A stretch of 58,920 nucleotides of DNA, the filler included, from Diploschistes diacapsis (lineage: Eukaryota): the NCBI GenBank assembly GCA_023645945.1. It is 5 parts of 5 records of this genome, joined end to end, with 100 filler letters (N's around TTAATTAATTAA, not from the genome) between each part and the next. Parts side by side here need not be neighbours in the genome. Positions count along the whole stretch, not along the records: positions 35,432 to 47,127 come from JALAIB010000809.1; 4 more parts are not named here. One strand, written 5' to 3'. The position numbers and the translations under genes were made by a program. Shown in pieces: positions 35,522 through 47,227 of this stretch. Each line of letters begins with the position of its first letter. Within the stretch, counting starts at the first letter, position 1. The notes below the pieces were generated by a model. That model made no database searches and had not been told where the DNA came from. It saw only the letters and a program-made list of their open reading frames with translations.

Positions 35522-37045
35522 TCAAAGCTGGAACTTGGTCCGCACCCTGTCTGTTTTCCCCTTCCACTCCCACTCCTGCCCGCTGCTGCGCTGGATCCCT
35601 TTGTCGATCCTCCTCAGCTTCATTGTGAAGCGAGGGCCGAGTTCCTGCAGTCCAGCGCGGATTCCTTCCACCCCTTTGATCCCTTTCCCGTCCGGCCCTT
35701 GCAAGATCTTTTCCGTTGGCCTCTTATCTCGGAACACATAACGGTGACGGCGAACGAAGATGAAGTCCCTCTAAACCACCGGTTCACTTTCCCTCCAAGT
35801 TCAGGGGGGGGGTGGGGGTTGGACACGTACCTGGTTGTGCATCGTAACGCATTGTCTCCCCTCGAATTCGGGTAGGGGAGGGAACATGCTCCTGAACATG
35901 TGGGCCGTAAGTAAACCCAGCGGGGTGCGAAAGCTAAAGGACATGATCAAAAACCAGAGTAATACGCTGCGTAGGTACTCACTTGTTGAGTATGAGCTCC
36001 GGGTAGTGGTTCGTAGGCCGACCGTGGCCGGGCAGTTTTTTCCCTTCAATCCAGCTACTCGCGTTAGCGAGGATCTCAACAGCTGTTAGGCTAGCGGTCT
36101 ACTTCGTGATAGAGAAGTGAAACATGGGGCCATCCGGCAAATGCACGAAGTCCAGTCCATGGGGCTTCTTCTGGTCTTCATTCAAGATGATGACAGAGGT
36201 ATAGTCCCTGTTGGCGGCAAACTTGGAGATCTCTCTTACAGAGTACTTGTGGCCATATCTATGCGCTGAACGGGGGATCTGCCCTCATGAGTGACGTCCA
36301 GTTCATCGGTACAACCCAAGGCACTTACGTAGACGCTGTTGGGGAAAAGAGTTGTGAGAAGCTCGGCTTCGTAGTGGAGGGTAGAGTTGAGCGAGGTTGT
36401 AACCTTCTTAGTGTTCAGCGAAACTGGGCCTTGGCAGGAATAACAAGAACCTACCAGGACCTTGGGGACTCGCGGTTCTTGGGTAAACAGAGTAGGGAAT
36501 TTGGCGGCGAGGGCTTCAGGCATTAGGCTTAGGTTGGTGCTCGTCGTAGAACGGGTAGGGCTTGTGGCTCGATCTGTAAGAGTAGGTGGTTTCGTTCGCG
36601 ACGTTTCTTGCTCCTCGGCGCCGTCTTCCTCGATGTCTGTAGAGGAGTCGACCATGCTGTCCCGCTCGTCATCTTCTCCAGAAAGCTGGTCTTTCAGAGC
36701 GACCGTGTCGTCCACTCCGTGCACTCTATCCTCTTCGACGTCTTCGGGCTTCTGTTTCTTGATACGTTCGACATCGACGCTCCTGCCCAAGCCATCCTCA
36801 TTGTCACTATCGAAGTCGTCCCACGTCCGCTTGCGATCAATGGTCGACGGGACATTGCGCTTTCGTCGCTCGAGCCTTAGTCTTGGGTCCTTGTCCTCTT
36901 CCTTTTTTCTTCGAAACCTCTCCTCGCGCTTCAAGCTCTCTTTCGCCTTCTTGTGCTTTATGAATAACTCTTGGCGCTTCAACTTGTTTCCAGTCTGGAA
37001 CGGCAAAGCACCGTTTGGGGACGACTTGGAATTCCTCGACACCAT
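35522..37045 (-). CDS. RPF1: Brix-domain ribosome biogenesis factor Rpf1; about 6 exons
   Basis: GNKLKRQEL..K N-terminus, PKVL|VTTS, HLPDGPMFHFSI, GHGRPTNHYPELILNNFRTPLG, HNQRDFIFVRRHRY, LQELGPRFTMKLR. Confidence 0.92.
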
Positions 37046-37298
37046 GACGGACGCAATCTAGTACGAGACCTACTCCGGATGCTGTCAAGTCACGTTGATA
37101 GCTAAGGTATACTATATTCCTTTAACATCGGGAAATCCGCCGCCAAGCAAGTGCTCGAAGTGGAATTTGTGGGGCACGAACATAATTTCACATGTCGCAT
37201 TCGCGGGCAGACTTTCTGCAGTGTATACATTGAAGCATTGGCTCCCTGCTTATAGTATGCAAAGGTTCAACCTGTAATTCGGAACAGTCAACTCGTGA

Positions 37299-39456
37299 AT
37301 GACCAAACTCCCACATTCCCTACGCGCTTTCAATTCTCTTCTCCGCAGGCAGGTACCTGATCGGCAAGCCTTTTCAACATCGACACCCCTCCGGAAACTT
37401 CTCCTTCAAATCAAACCCAGCATGGCCACGGTAACAACAAAAGCTGGCCAAACGGTCGATAGAGCGAGGATCGAATCCGCGCTGCGGAGAAGGCTGTTCT
37501 ACACACCTTCATACGAGATCTACGGCGGTTACGCTGGGCTGTTCGACTACGGCCCGCCCGGCTGCTCGTTACAGGCCAACGTCGTTGAGCAATGGCGCAG
37601 GCACTTCGTGCTGGAAGAGGACATGCTGGAGGTAGATAGTCCTGCAGTGACGCCTCACGATATCTTAAAGACGAGTGGGCACGTCGACAAGTTCGCGGAC
37701 TGGATGTGCAAGGACCCAAAGAGTGGTGAAATATTCCGAGCAGATCATTTAGTCAAAGAGGTTCTCGAGGCACGGTTGAAGGGCGACAAAGAAGCGCGGG
37801 GCCAGAAAGTCGTGGTGGACGAAGAAAAAGAGGCTAAGAAAAGGAAGAAAAAGAGCCAGGAAACAAAGGCAGTCAAGCTTGATGATGCGGTGGTTCAAGA
37901 ATATGAGGAGACGCTGGCAAAGATTGACAACTACGACGGCCCAGAGCTCGGCGCGCTCATAACAAAACATGGCATCAAGAACCCAGGTACCGGCGGCGAT
38001 GTCCTGCCTCCGGTGGCATTTAATCTCATGTTCGAAACGATGATCGGGCCGAGTGGGCAATTGAAAGGCTACATGCGACCAGAAACAGCGCAAGGTCAGT
38101 TTGTCAACTTTGCGAAGCTGCTCGAGTTCAATCAACAGGGCATGCCGTTCGCCTCGGCATCCGTCGGTAAATCCTTCCGAAACGAAATCTCCCCCCGGTC
38201 TGGTCTGCTAAGAGTTCGAGAATTTCTCATGGCTGAGATCGAGCATTATGTCGACCCTGAAGGTGGCAAGAAACACCCGCGCTTCAACGAGGTGAAGCAC
38301 ATTGAGCTGGACTTTCTTGATAGACAAGTGCAGCTCGAAGGGAGGACAGAAATCAGGAGAATGACCATCGGTGAGGCTACATCGACGAAGCTTGTCGACA
38401 ATGAAACCCTAGGATACTTTCTGGCTCGGATCCAGCTATTCCTTGTGAAAATCGGTATTGACCCCACAAAAATCCGCTTCCGCCAGCACATGGCAAACGA
38501 AATGGCACATTACGCCGCCGACTGTTGGGATGCAGAATTACTAAACAGTTACGGTTGGATAGAGTGCGTAGGATGTGCCGACAGGAGTGCTTACGACTTG
38601 ACGGTGCACGCTAAGAAGACTGGTGCGCCGTTGCATGTCAGAGCGAGGCGAGAGGAGCCGTTGAGGGTGGAAGAGTGGCAGGCCGAGCTGGACAAGAAGA
38701 AGGTTGGGCCCAAATTCAAAAAGGATGCAAAGGCAATCGAAACGGCAGTGGAAAACCTCTCGCAGGAATTTCGGGAGAAACTGTCACTGGAACTAAGCAG
38801 CAAGGGCAGGATCGAGCTTGAAGTTCCCGGGATGAGTGACAAGGTTGAGCTGGAGAAGGACCTCATTGCGATCGAGAGGCGCACGAGGGTGGAGCACACG
38901 CGAGAATACACGCCGAATGTCATTGAGCCGTCGTTTGGTATCGGGCGGATCCTCTACACGCTGATGGAACACGTGTATTGGTACAGGGAGGGTGCAGAAG
39001 AGAGAGCGGTGAGGGTTTTGAGCGGCAGGCAAACTCTATATGCTCAAGTTGCTAATTCTGCCTTGCTTGCAGGTGCTGTCCTTCCCACCAACCGTTGCGC
39101 CTACCAAGGTGCTCCTCGTGCCGCTGTCGGGGAACCCGGCTTTCTCGCCACTACTGCAGAAGCTAGGAGCCAGGCTGCGGCAGCTGGGCGTGTCGAGCCG
39201 GGTTGACGACTCGAGCGTGAGCATCGGCAGGAGGTATGCAAGGAATGACGAGCTAGGCACGCCGTTCGGGGTGACGGTGGACTTCCAGTCGGTCAAGGAT
39301 GACAGCGTCACGCTGAGGGACAGGGACAGCACGAAGCAGGTCAGGTCGGACCTCGAGACGATATGTCAAGCGATCAAGAGCATGGTTGAGGACGTCAAGA
39401 CGTGGAAAGAGGTGCAGAGTGAGTTGCCGGAGTTTACGCAGCAAGAGGTTGATTGA
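37299..39456 (+). CDS. GRS1: Glycyl-tRNA synthetase (homodimeric class II), 2 exons (intron 39009-39072); upstream ATG adds a mitochondrial-type presequence
   Basis: IYGG..GLFDYGPPG, SGHVDKFADWM, MRPETAQGQF, SFRNEISPRSGLLRVREF, IEPSFGIGR, anticodon domain IGRRYARNDELGTPF. Confidence 0.97.
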
Positions 39457-40238
39457 GGGGGGGGGTGAAGGGGCAAAGTGGGATTGCAGGATTTACAACG
39501 CACAGAAGTTTATCTTCTAAAGTTGGTTGAAAAGCGGGGCTAGGCTACTACTCAAGACATGTATACTACATACCTTGGGCCGTTCAGAAGGTGGAAGTTT
39601 GTATGATGATTGTTTCCAAGTATGCAGGGTCGAGGGCAATAAGATATTCGTCGCTTGGGCTCGTCGCTGCACTGCTGCACTGCACTGCGGCTAGGAAAGA
39701 TGCATACGCAGTCCCAGTCAGTCCAATCCCGAGGATATGTAGCCGAGCTGCTGTTTGCATGACTTCCCGGGGAGGGGGGAGGGCTTACTTGGGTACCATA
39801 CAATCACTGGCAATGCAAATGCATATGCATATGCATATGCACAAAAAAAGAAGTACCTGGGTAAATCGGAGCAGAAAGAAGAGGGAGGGTTTTTCAGTTG
39901 TAGTTTGAATGAGGAGGGGATGGATACTGGGATTGATTTCCAGGGCAATGGATTGGGCTGTACGGTGGAGGAGGCGGGCCGGTATGATATGGATACACAT
40001 ACACAGTATTGAGTATTATTAGAACGGTATGGGTGCGGTATGGTATGGTATGGTATCCATATGGTATATATAGTATTGGGCATGGATGATGATGATGGAA
40101 ATGGATGGGTAGTTGGATACGGTACCTGAGGGAGGAGGACCCTCTGTGTCGGAAATTTGGAACACATCCGACGGGCACGTTTTCCCTTTCCCCTGATGGC
40201 TGATCCATTTATGGCTGTGGGTGTACGTTACCTACCTA

Positions 40239-40270
40239 TGTTACGTTACGTTACGTTACGTTACGTTACG
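40239..40270. repeat. (GTTAC)6 microsatellite in a low-complexity intergenic region
   Basis: Read directly. Confidence 0.85.
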
Positions 40271-41400
40271 TACATGTTTAGTACTTAGTACGTAAGTTAC
40301 CTTTCCGAGCAAGCACATTAGGTTAACAGAGTAGTAGTTATGTAACTACAACTATACTCGACATACCTTTTGGTAAACGGTTGGTAACCCCTCCATGTTC
40401 ACTTCCTGGAAAAGTGTCAGCCACGTGGGTGGGCTGTCTGTCCCGACACTCAGGTTAAAGCTGTTGAACGGTAAGCGTAACGGTAAGCATAACGGTAACC
40501 GTTATACAACTACAAATACACTACCGTACCAGGTACTTTTACCTTGAACTTTACCAACCCAGAAACCAAAGGGATCTCCTCTTTTGCTCGAGCATAGCCA
40601 GGGTCAGGAATAGCCTGCAGCAAAAGAGAGAGACCCGGCATGAGGGGGCATTAATTGATCGACAAGAGTTGACTCTTATCGTGGGGCATTATCAACTTAT
40701 CTTCATCTTCGTTACAACTTGGATAACAATCCATAATTCATAACAATACATAACAGTTCATAACAATTCATAACAATTCATAATAACTCGCGTCTCGCTC
40801 TGCTTATACCCGAAGACGCTGAGCCACAATAGAAAAGCACAATTTAAGTTGCAGCAGACACAAGCGATAGCCCGTGCCGTGGGCAAGGCGCTCTGTAAAT
40901 GGAACAGGAACTCTTTACGCAATAAAGTTAGTTGGTTCCCCCATAATAAACTCTTTCAAATTTGAAGACTAGACTGGGATAGAGAGCTAGACAGCCGAGA
41001 CAGCAGCACCAGGAATGATGAGCACCTCACTCTACTTCACTTCTCTACCGTTAATTACTCCAATACTCATTAGCAGTCCCCGTGGTGGCGGTAGGGTAGA
41101 GTAACGGGTAAACCAAAAATGTCCAAGGAATGTCTCAAAACTGATCGTCACTCGTTGTGAGGTTGGCTCCCGTAGTCGGTTCCCCACTACGGATGCAGGC
41201 AGCGGGCATAATTCCAGGACAACCTGTCAGAGCCCTTGTCTTCCACCTGCAACTTGGCCCAACATCGTGGTACGTGGTAGTAGCCCTTCTTTGATCAGCA
41301 AGAGTTAGTTCCCAGACGAACTTGAACAATCAATAGGAAAGAGATGGGCTGGTGCTAGTCTAGCGTTTTGCTTTTTGACCCGGTCCGCTGTACTTCGCCA

Positions 41401-41445
41401 CTCCTCCTCCTCCTCCTCCTCCTCCTCCTCCTCTTCCTCCTCCTC
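41401..41445. repeat. (CTC)n microsatellite
   Basis: Read directly. Confidence 0.9.
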
Positions 41446-41999
41446 AATTGTTATTCCGCTCCCCCTTGTTTGGGCGTCTAGTATCTGGTCTTGGTCGAGC
41501 CTACTGCAAGATGATTCGGACAACTGTCAGTACTTACTATAGTCCCACACAACTTGATTCGCTTTCGCTGTTGCGTTTCCATACCTTTTCCATTCCGCGG
41601 AACCAGTGTTGTTTTCTGTACTAAATGGGTAAGGGAAGAGTGAGAAAGTTTCACGTGGCCAGCTCCTGCATCCACGATGTTTACTTTGATACACTACCTC
41701 TCACGTGCACTTACAGTGTTTTATGCTCCGAACAGTAAAGCATGTCGCTTGCAGTAGCTCCATGCTTTGGACCTGTCAATTTCCCCCTGAACACTAACCT
41801 GAGCCAAACTCCTTGACCACTCAACAAACTATATCTTTAAAAGCTTCCACACCCGATTCGACCCTTTCGATGCTTGTCACGCCGTACACACGAGTCCTCC
41901 CTTACCGCAAGAAACCGTTCTGGAGAAGGAAGATTCCCCACATTACACATCTTAAGGCTTCCTTGTCCTGAAGGAAACCGGTGGCAGGTCTATTGAGAA

Positions 42000-43059
42000 A
42001 TGGGAAATGGAGATTCCATGGGAATTGACATTGACAGCGATGAGGACGCCGTTGCATCACGCCTTGACGAAATGCAGATTGAGACCCAGGGCTTTGCCCA
42101 TGCGCTGTCCGGCTCCTCACAGTCACAGTAGGTTGGGAAAAGAAAGCAGGGAAGCGTTGAGCTAACCGTTTAGGAATTCCACCAAGTCGATATCGGGCAG
42201 CTTCATCGAACCGATCGTCGAGAACGACCGAACCTATATCAACGATACCTATTATCTTCCCAACGACGACGCCGAGGCCACGAGTGACTCAATGTGCCAT
42301 CAGGTCTATATTGCGGCTCTATCGGGCCGACTGACCTTCCATCGCATGAAGCCGGACGTGTCTCGAATGCTCGACGTCGGTGCGAATCCCGGTGACTGGG
42401 CCATCGCCGTGGCCGAACGGTATCCGCAGGCCGAGGTGGTGGCTACTGACCTGGGCCCCTGCGAACTCGCTGATCTACCTCCGAACCTTGTCTTCCAGGT
42501 CGACGACGCTCGCGAAGAGTGGACATACGCCGAACCTTTCGACTACATTCATATCCGCGGCATGGCAGGCGCCTTTTCGGACTGGAAGTTCATATACGAT
42601 CAGGCTTGCAAGCATCTCGGAGAAGATGGGATCCTCGAGGTAGTCGATCGAGGTCCAGTACATCACAACACATCCGTACCAGATTCTTACCTCGACATCT
42701 ACAACGCCGCCTGCCAGCAGGCGGCTGAGCTCTCGGGAGTCAGTCTCGGGGCCGAGCATCTGCGGAGAGAAGTGATCGAGGAAGTGGGCTTGAGAATATT
42801 TCGCTCCGCAACCGTCGAGATACCCGTGGGTCAGTGGCATCCCGACAGACGACAAAAATCAGCTGGTCGAATGGCGCTTGTGGGCTCTCTGGAACGGCTG
42901 GAAGCGCAGAGCATGAGGCTGCTTACCAAGTATCTCGACTGGTCGGCCGAGGATGTCAAGGATCTGTGCGAGAAAGTCACGGAAGAGATCCTGCTCCAAG
43001 ACACGAAGCCGTCGATGACCTGCACCTTTGTCATTGCGAGAAAGTTTCCAGAGTCATGA
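42000..43059 (+). CDS. SAM-dependent methyltransferase, LaeA-like/Methyltransf_23; 2 exons (intron 42128-42173)
   Basis: YYLPNDDAE, MLDVGANPGDWAI, VVATDL, FQVDDA, FDYIHIRG, PVGQW; GTAGGT...GCTAAC...TAG intron keeps the frame. Confidence 0.88.
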
Positions 43060-43067
43060 CGACGATA

Positions 43068-43104
<37 letters not shown>

Positions 43105-43107
43105 TGA
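43057..43107. repeat. (GAC)n microsatellite starting at the methyltransferase stop codon
   Basis: Read directly. Confidence 0.9.
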
Positions 43108-43585
43108 TCTTCACAGCCGAGCCTGCAACCATGAATCTAATGGTTTTACGAGCCACGATACAGAATGTGGGACTTGCGATGCGGAGAAGGCTTCAGCGGG
43201 CAGCGAAGCGCTTCCAGAACGTAGAGAGAGGCAGGCTATGCTGGTATTCTATACCGTCTGTAACAATACGAACCTTTACTGCAGTTTATACCAAATGACC
43301 ACGCCCTTGAAGGTCGTTATATTTTTATATACATACTCTGGGTCTATATTGTGCTTCTACGTTATTATTCCCCGTCCACAGCTAATCCTGGAATTGCCGC
43401 TCCGCCAATAGGAGCTACGGCCGGCTTTTCCCATGCCGCGGTGTGAGGACAAGTTTCACCAATGACCTCACAGCCAACAACCACCTGTGTCAACTTTAAC
43501 TTGCTAACTTAGAACTGTACATTACCTACCTACCCTGCAGTAATTCCTATTCTTCTTCTTTTCTTTAAGCTCTCATTCAACTACA

Positions 43586-46500
43586 ATGGCTCCCCTTCCG
43601 CCCTCCGCTAGCATCACCCTCAGCTATCCTATCTACTCTTCAGACTTTGACCCCAACAATCATAGCTACCTGTTCGTTGGAGGTGGTGGAGGTGCAGGCC
43701 ATAGCGGTGTCAAGAACAAGATTGTAAGCACTCGTATGCATATTTGCCGAGCAGCCTAACCTCCATAAAGTCTCTGATCGATACCTCAAAGAAAACCGAA
43801 ATCAAAGAAGTTGTCGACATCGATCTTTCCAGCAGCGAGGACTCGGTGTCGTCGCTGGCCGTCGCGCGGTCGGACGAAGGTTCGGCCGTGGTTCTTGCAG
43901 GCATTAACTCGTCAATAGACGAGCAGAAGCAGGGGAAGAATGACCACCTACGATCTTTTGTCCTGAAATATCCACGACGGAAGAGTACCGAAAAGGAAAA
44001 GATCCCGGAGGGCCAGACCGTGGAGGTCCCGGATGACCTCAACGGAGCCATGACGGAGGCTCTGTGCAAGTCTCCACTCTTTACGCCCGATACACGACCC
44101 AACCCAGAGACGTATCAGCGGGTTTTGCGACTCTCTCGGCCGAACAGGGAGCGCAAAAGCCGGATCGGCGCCGTTACCACTGGCCTTGCGCCAATCGGAG
44201 AGGTTACGATCTTCGATGCCTCAAAATCAAAGATCGACCCGAGCGATGTGCGACAGCGTATCAATCTGGGCAAGGAAGAGGCAGGAGACGTTGACATCGT
44301 CGAGGCCAACGATCACGAGTACTACGTGGCCTATTGTACCGACTATGAGATCTACGTGTGCAAGGTGCCGTTCGATAGGTCGGAGCCAACCCAATCACCG
44401 TATCTACTCTACGAGACGCCGTTCCCCGACGCCTTTGCAAACGAGAAGAAAAGGCCGCAGTTTCGATCTTTGAGGTTTCTTACGCCGAAGTTGCTTCTGG
44501 TCCTGGTGAACCTGCCAAACAAGAGCGGCGTCGAGCTGTGCCTGCTGGAACTCTCCGAAATACCACGCGCAGGGACGGTCTCTCTCCGCAAAGCTCTCCA
44601 CAAAGGCATCAAGTCGGCAACTTCCCTTGCAATCTCAGTCCTTCGCGGGCCAACACCCTCTTCAGACGTCCAGCATGTCATCGCCGTCGCGGGTCAGGAT
44701 ATCTCCATCACAATCTTTACGATCGACCACGGCCCTCGTTCCCGCTCCGGCCTGGCTTTCAAGCAATACGCCTTGTTCCGCAACCCGCACCCCATCCAAA
44801 TGACCTCTCTAGCCTTTTCCCACTTCAGCCCACCCGCGGATCCTGCAAGAGCACAACCTCAGTACCTCAAGCTTGCCTCCACAAGCATGTCCTCCACCAT
44901 TGTCGTGCACACCTTCCCTCTGATACCTTGCCCCTCGGCAGTTGCCAAGCGGAGCCCCGACGGTCCCCCGACCCGCTATGTCCTTTCACAGCAGTCCAGC
45001 GTCCGTAACGAGGGGGGCTCGCTGGGTCTCGCCGCTCTCGTGGGAATCATCATGGTCGCCCTCGGTGCATTCTTTCTGCAAGCCGTCATCGAAATTCGCG
45101 GCGGCAGCCCCGAAATCATCGGCGCCAAGACATGGCTTAGCCAGCCACTGCGGGATAAGATTGCGCTGCCGTGGATGTTTGCGGACCAGCAGGCCCCTGT
45201 CCTGACGGACTCGCTGCCGCCCATCGAGTCACCGCTACGGAAGGCATACAAGGTTGTCGAGGACAGCGTGCCGACGCACACCGACCAGCTTAAAGGCACA
45301 GTCTACGACGCCGCAGAGGGGCTCAAGGGATCTGCGTATGATGCTACCGAGTATGCCAAAGACAAAGCCGACGATGCCAAGGAACGGGCGTATGATGCGA
45401 CTGATGATCTGAGAGATAGAGCCCATGACGCGAAGGAGGGCGTGAAAGACGGAGCATACACCGCCAGAGACAGAGCCTACGATGCAAAGGAGGCTGTCAA
45501 ACGCAGAGCCTATGACGCGAAAGAGGGTGCCAAAGACAGAGCTTACGACGCCAAGGAGGGTGTTAAGAACAGAGCCTATGGCGCAAAAGATGGTGTCAAA
45601 GATCGAGCCCACAACGTCAGGGACAAAGCTTACGATGCGAAGGAAGCGGTCAAAGGCAGAGCATACAACGCCAAGGACAGAGCCTATGATGCGGCTGGGA
45701 ACATTAGAGATAAAGCCTACAACGCTAAGGAATGGGCCTACGAAGCTACTGAAGATGTTAAAGACAAAGCCTATGACAAGGGCGAGGACCTGGTGGACAG
45801 AGCCCACGATGCCAGAGAGTCTGCCTATGAAACGACCGAAGATATCAAGGATGAAGCGTATGCCGCCGCCGAGGATGTCAAAGACAGAGGCTATGACGCC
45901 AAAGACTGGATCTACGAAACCACGGAAGACCTCCGGGATGGAGCGTATGACGCTGCTGAGGGTGCCAGAGACAAAATCTACGATGCCAAAGATTGGGTTT
46001 ACGAATCAGCAGAAGATATTCGGGATGGAGCATACGACACGGCCGAGAATGCCAGAGACAAAACCTACGATGCCAAAGATTGGGTTTACGAAACAGCAGA
46101 AGATATCCGGGATGGAGCGTATGATAAGGCCGAGGATCTCAGAGACTCGGCCTACCATACCGCGGAGAGGGTCAGAGGTAGGATTCCCACAGACACGGAA
46201 GAGCTCAGAGAAACTGGCCGTCAGGCAGCAAGAAAGGTAAAGCAAACAGCCAAGCACGGCCACCGTCGTATCCGCGATCTGCTGTTCCACCGCCTGAACG
46301 TTCTTGGAAACGGCCACGACGAGGAAGATGACCCAGACATCGACATGATAGACTACGAAGAACCATCCTACGTCTATGGCCGCAGAAATACTGAGTATAA
46401 CGTCCCCACGATCGTCATTCGCGACCGCACTCACGAGACCGACGACGGAGCCCTGACGCTTACTACCGAAGTGCACAGGTCGATGGGAGACATGTACGCC

Positions 46501-46698
46501 GCCAGCCGTGGGCGAGGCGTGAGGGCTGGCAAGTTGAGGAGGTGGGAAGATCTGAAGCCGCACGAGAAGAGGAGCTGGATGCGCAGACTCGAAGATGCGG
46601 GCGTTTGGACGCTAAGGGAGGGCGAGAGCGTGTTGAAGGGTGTGTTTTTCTCCGAGGTTGCTGGCGCTGTGGCCGGTGCGGTTAGGGCGGGTTTGTAG
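43586..46698 (+). CDS. SEC12: Sec12-like Sar1 GEF (N-terminal beta-propeller, one TM) with a large luminal LEA-like repeat insert; 2 exons (intron 43724-43770)
   Basis: LSYPIYSSDF...FVGGGGGAGHSGVKNKI (K-loop-like GGGGxxxxGxxN), NDHLRSF, HPIQMTSLAFS, TM LGLAALVGIIMVALGAFFLQAVI, C-terminal WEDL...W.RRLEDAG.W...GESVLKGVFFSE. Confidence 0.82.
45301..46183 (+). repeat. Coding tandem repeats: 11-aa and 7-aa units (AYDAKEGVKDR / AYDAKDW), with an 87-nt higher-order repeat
   Basis: GATGGAGC.TA.GA recurs at 45937, 46024 and 46111 (87-nt spacing). Confidence 0.92.
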
Positions 46699-46724
46699 AT
46701 TGCAAGATAAAAAGGATATCGGCG

Positions 46725-46810
46725 GTTGGCGGTGCATTGTTCTTCTTCGGTTGTCGGCTGTTGGCGGCGCATTTGTCCTTCTTCGGTTGTCGGCTGTTGG
46801 CGGTGCATTG
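46725..46810. repeat. Short imperfect tandem duplication (TTCTTCGGTTGTCGGCTGTTGGCGG) in the Sec12 3' region
   Basis: Read directly. Confidence 0.75.
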
Positions 46811-47127
46811 GGTTCTGTCGAAGCAAGATTCTGGTTAAGGAAGGCCCGGAGCAAGTGCGAACGCTACAGATGTATATTATCAGCCCGAATACTTCACTGG
46901 CGAGCTATTTGCTGTTCTGAGCGTCGCGTCATCTGAGTCGGTTACAGGCTTCATTTTGACTTCACAGCACAAAATGTCCAGATCTGAACCAACTCGGGTA
47001 TGTCTCTACTGCACAAGGCTTCCAACCGCTCACATCTTTCAACCATCTTCTATCAGCGATGTTGCCCCGCACAAACCACAGCATGCCCCTGCAGAAAAAT
47101 GAAAACGGTCACTCCACCCTCCCTTCC

Positions 47128-47227
47128 NNNNNNNNNNNNNNNNNNNNNNNNNNNNNNNNNNNNNNNNNNNNTTAATTAATTAANNNNNNNNNNNNNNNNN
47201 NNNNNNNNNNNNNNNNNNNNNNNNNNN
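47128..47227. other. Artificial contig spacer
   Basis: N44-TTAATTAATTAA-N44. Confidence 0.98.

Noticed and set aside
15770..43059. 4CL-like ligase, MFS, flavoprotein and methyltransferase as a secondary-metabolite cluster
   Set aside because: They lie on three unrelated contigs and no backbone enzyme is present
45301..46183. Periodic repeats as a CRISPR-like array
   Set aside because: Repeats are in-frame and coding, vary at synonymous positions and lack unique spacers; eukaryotic context
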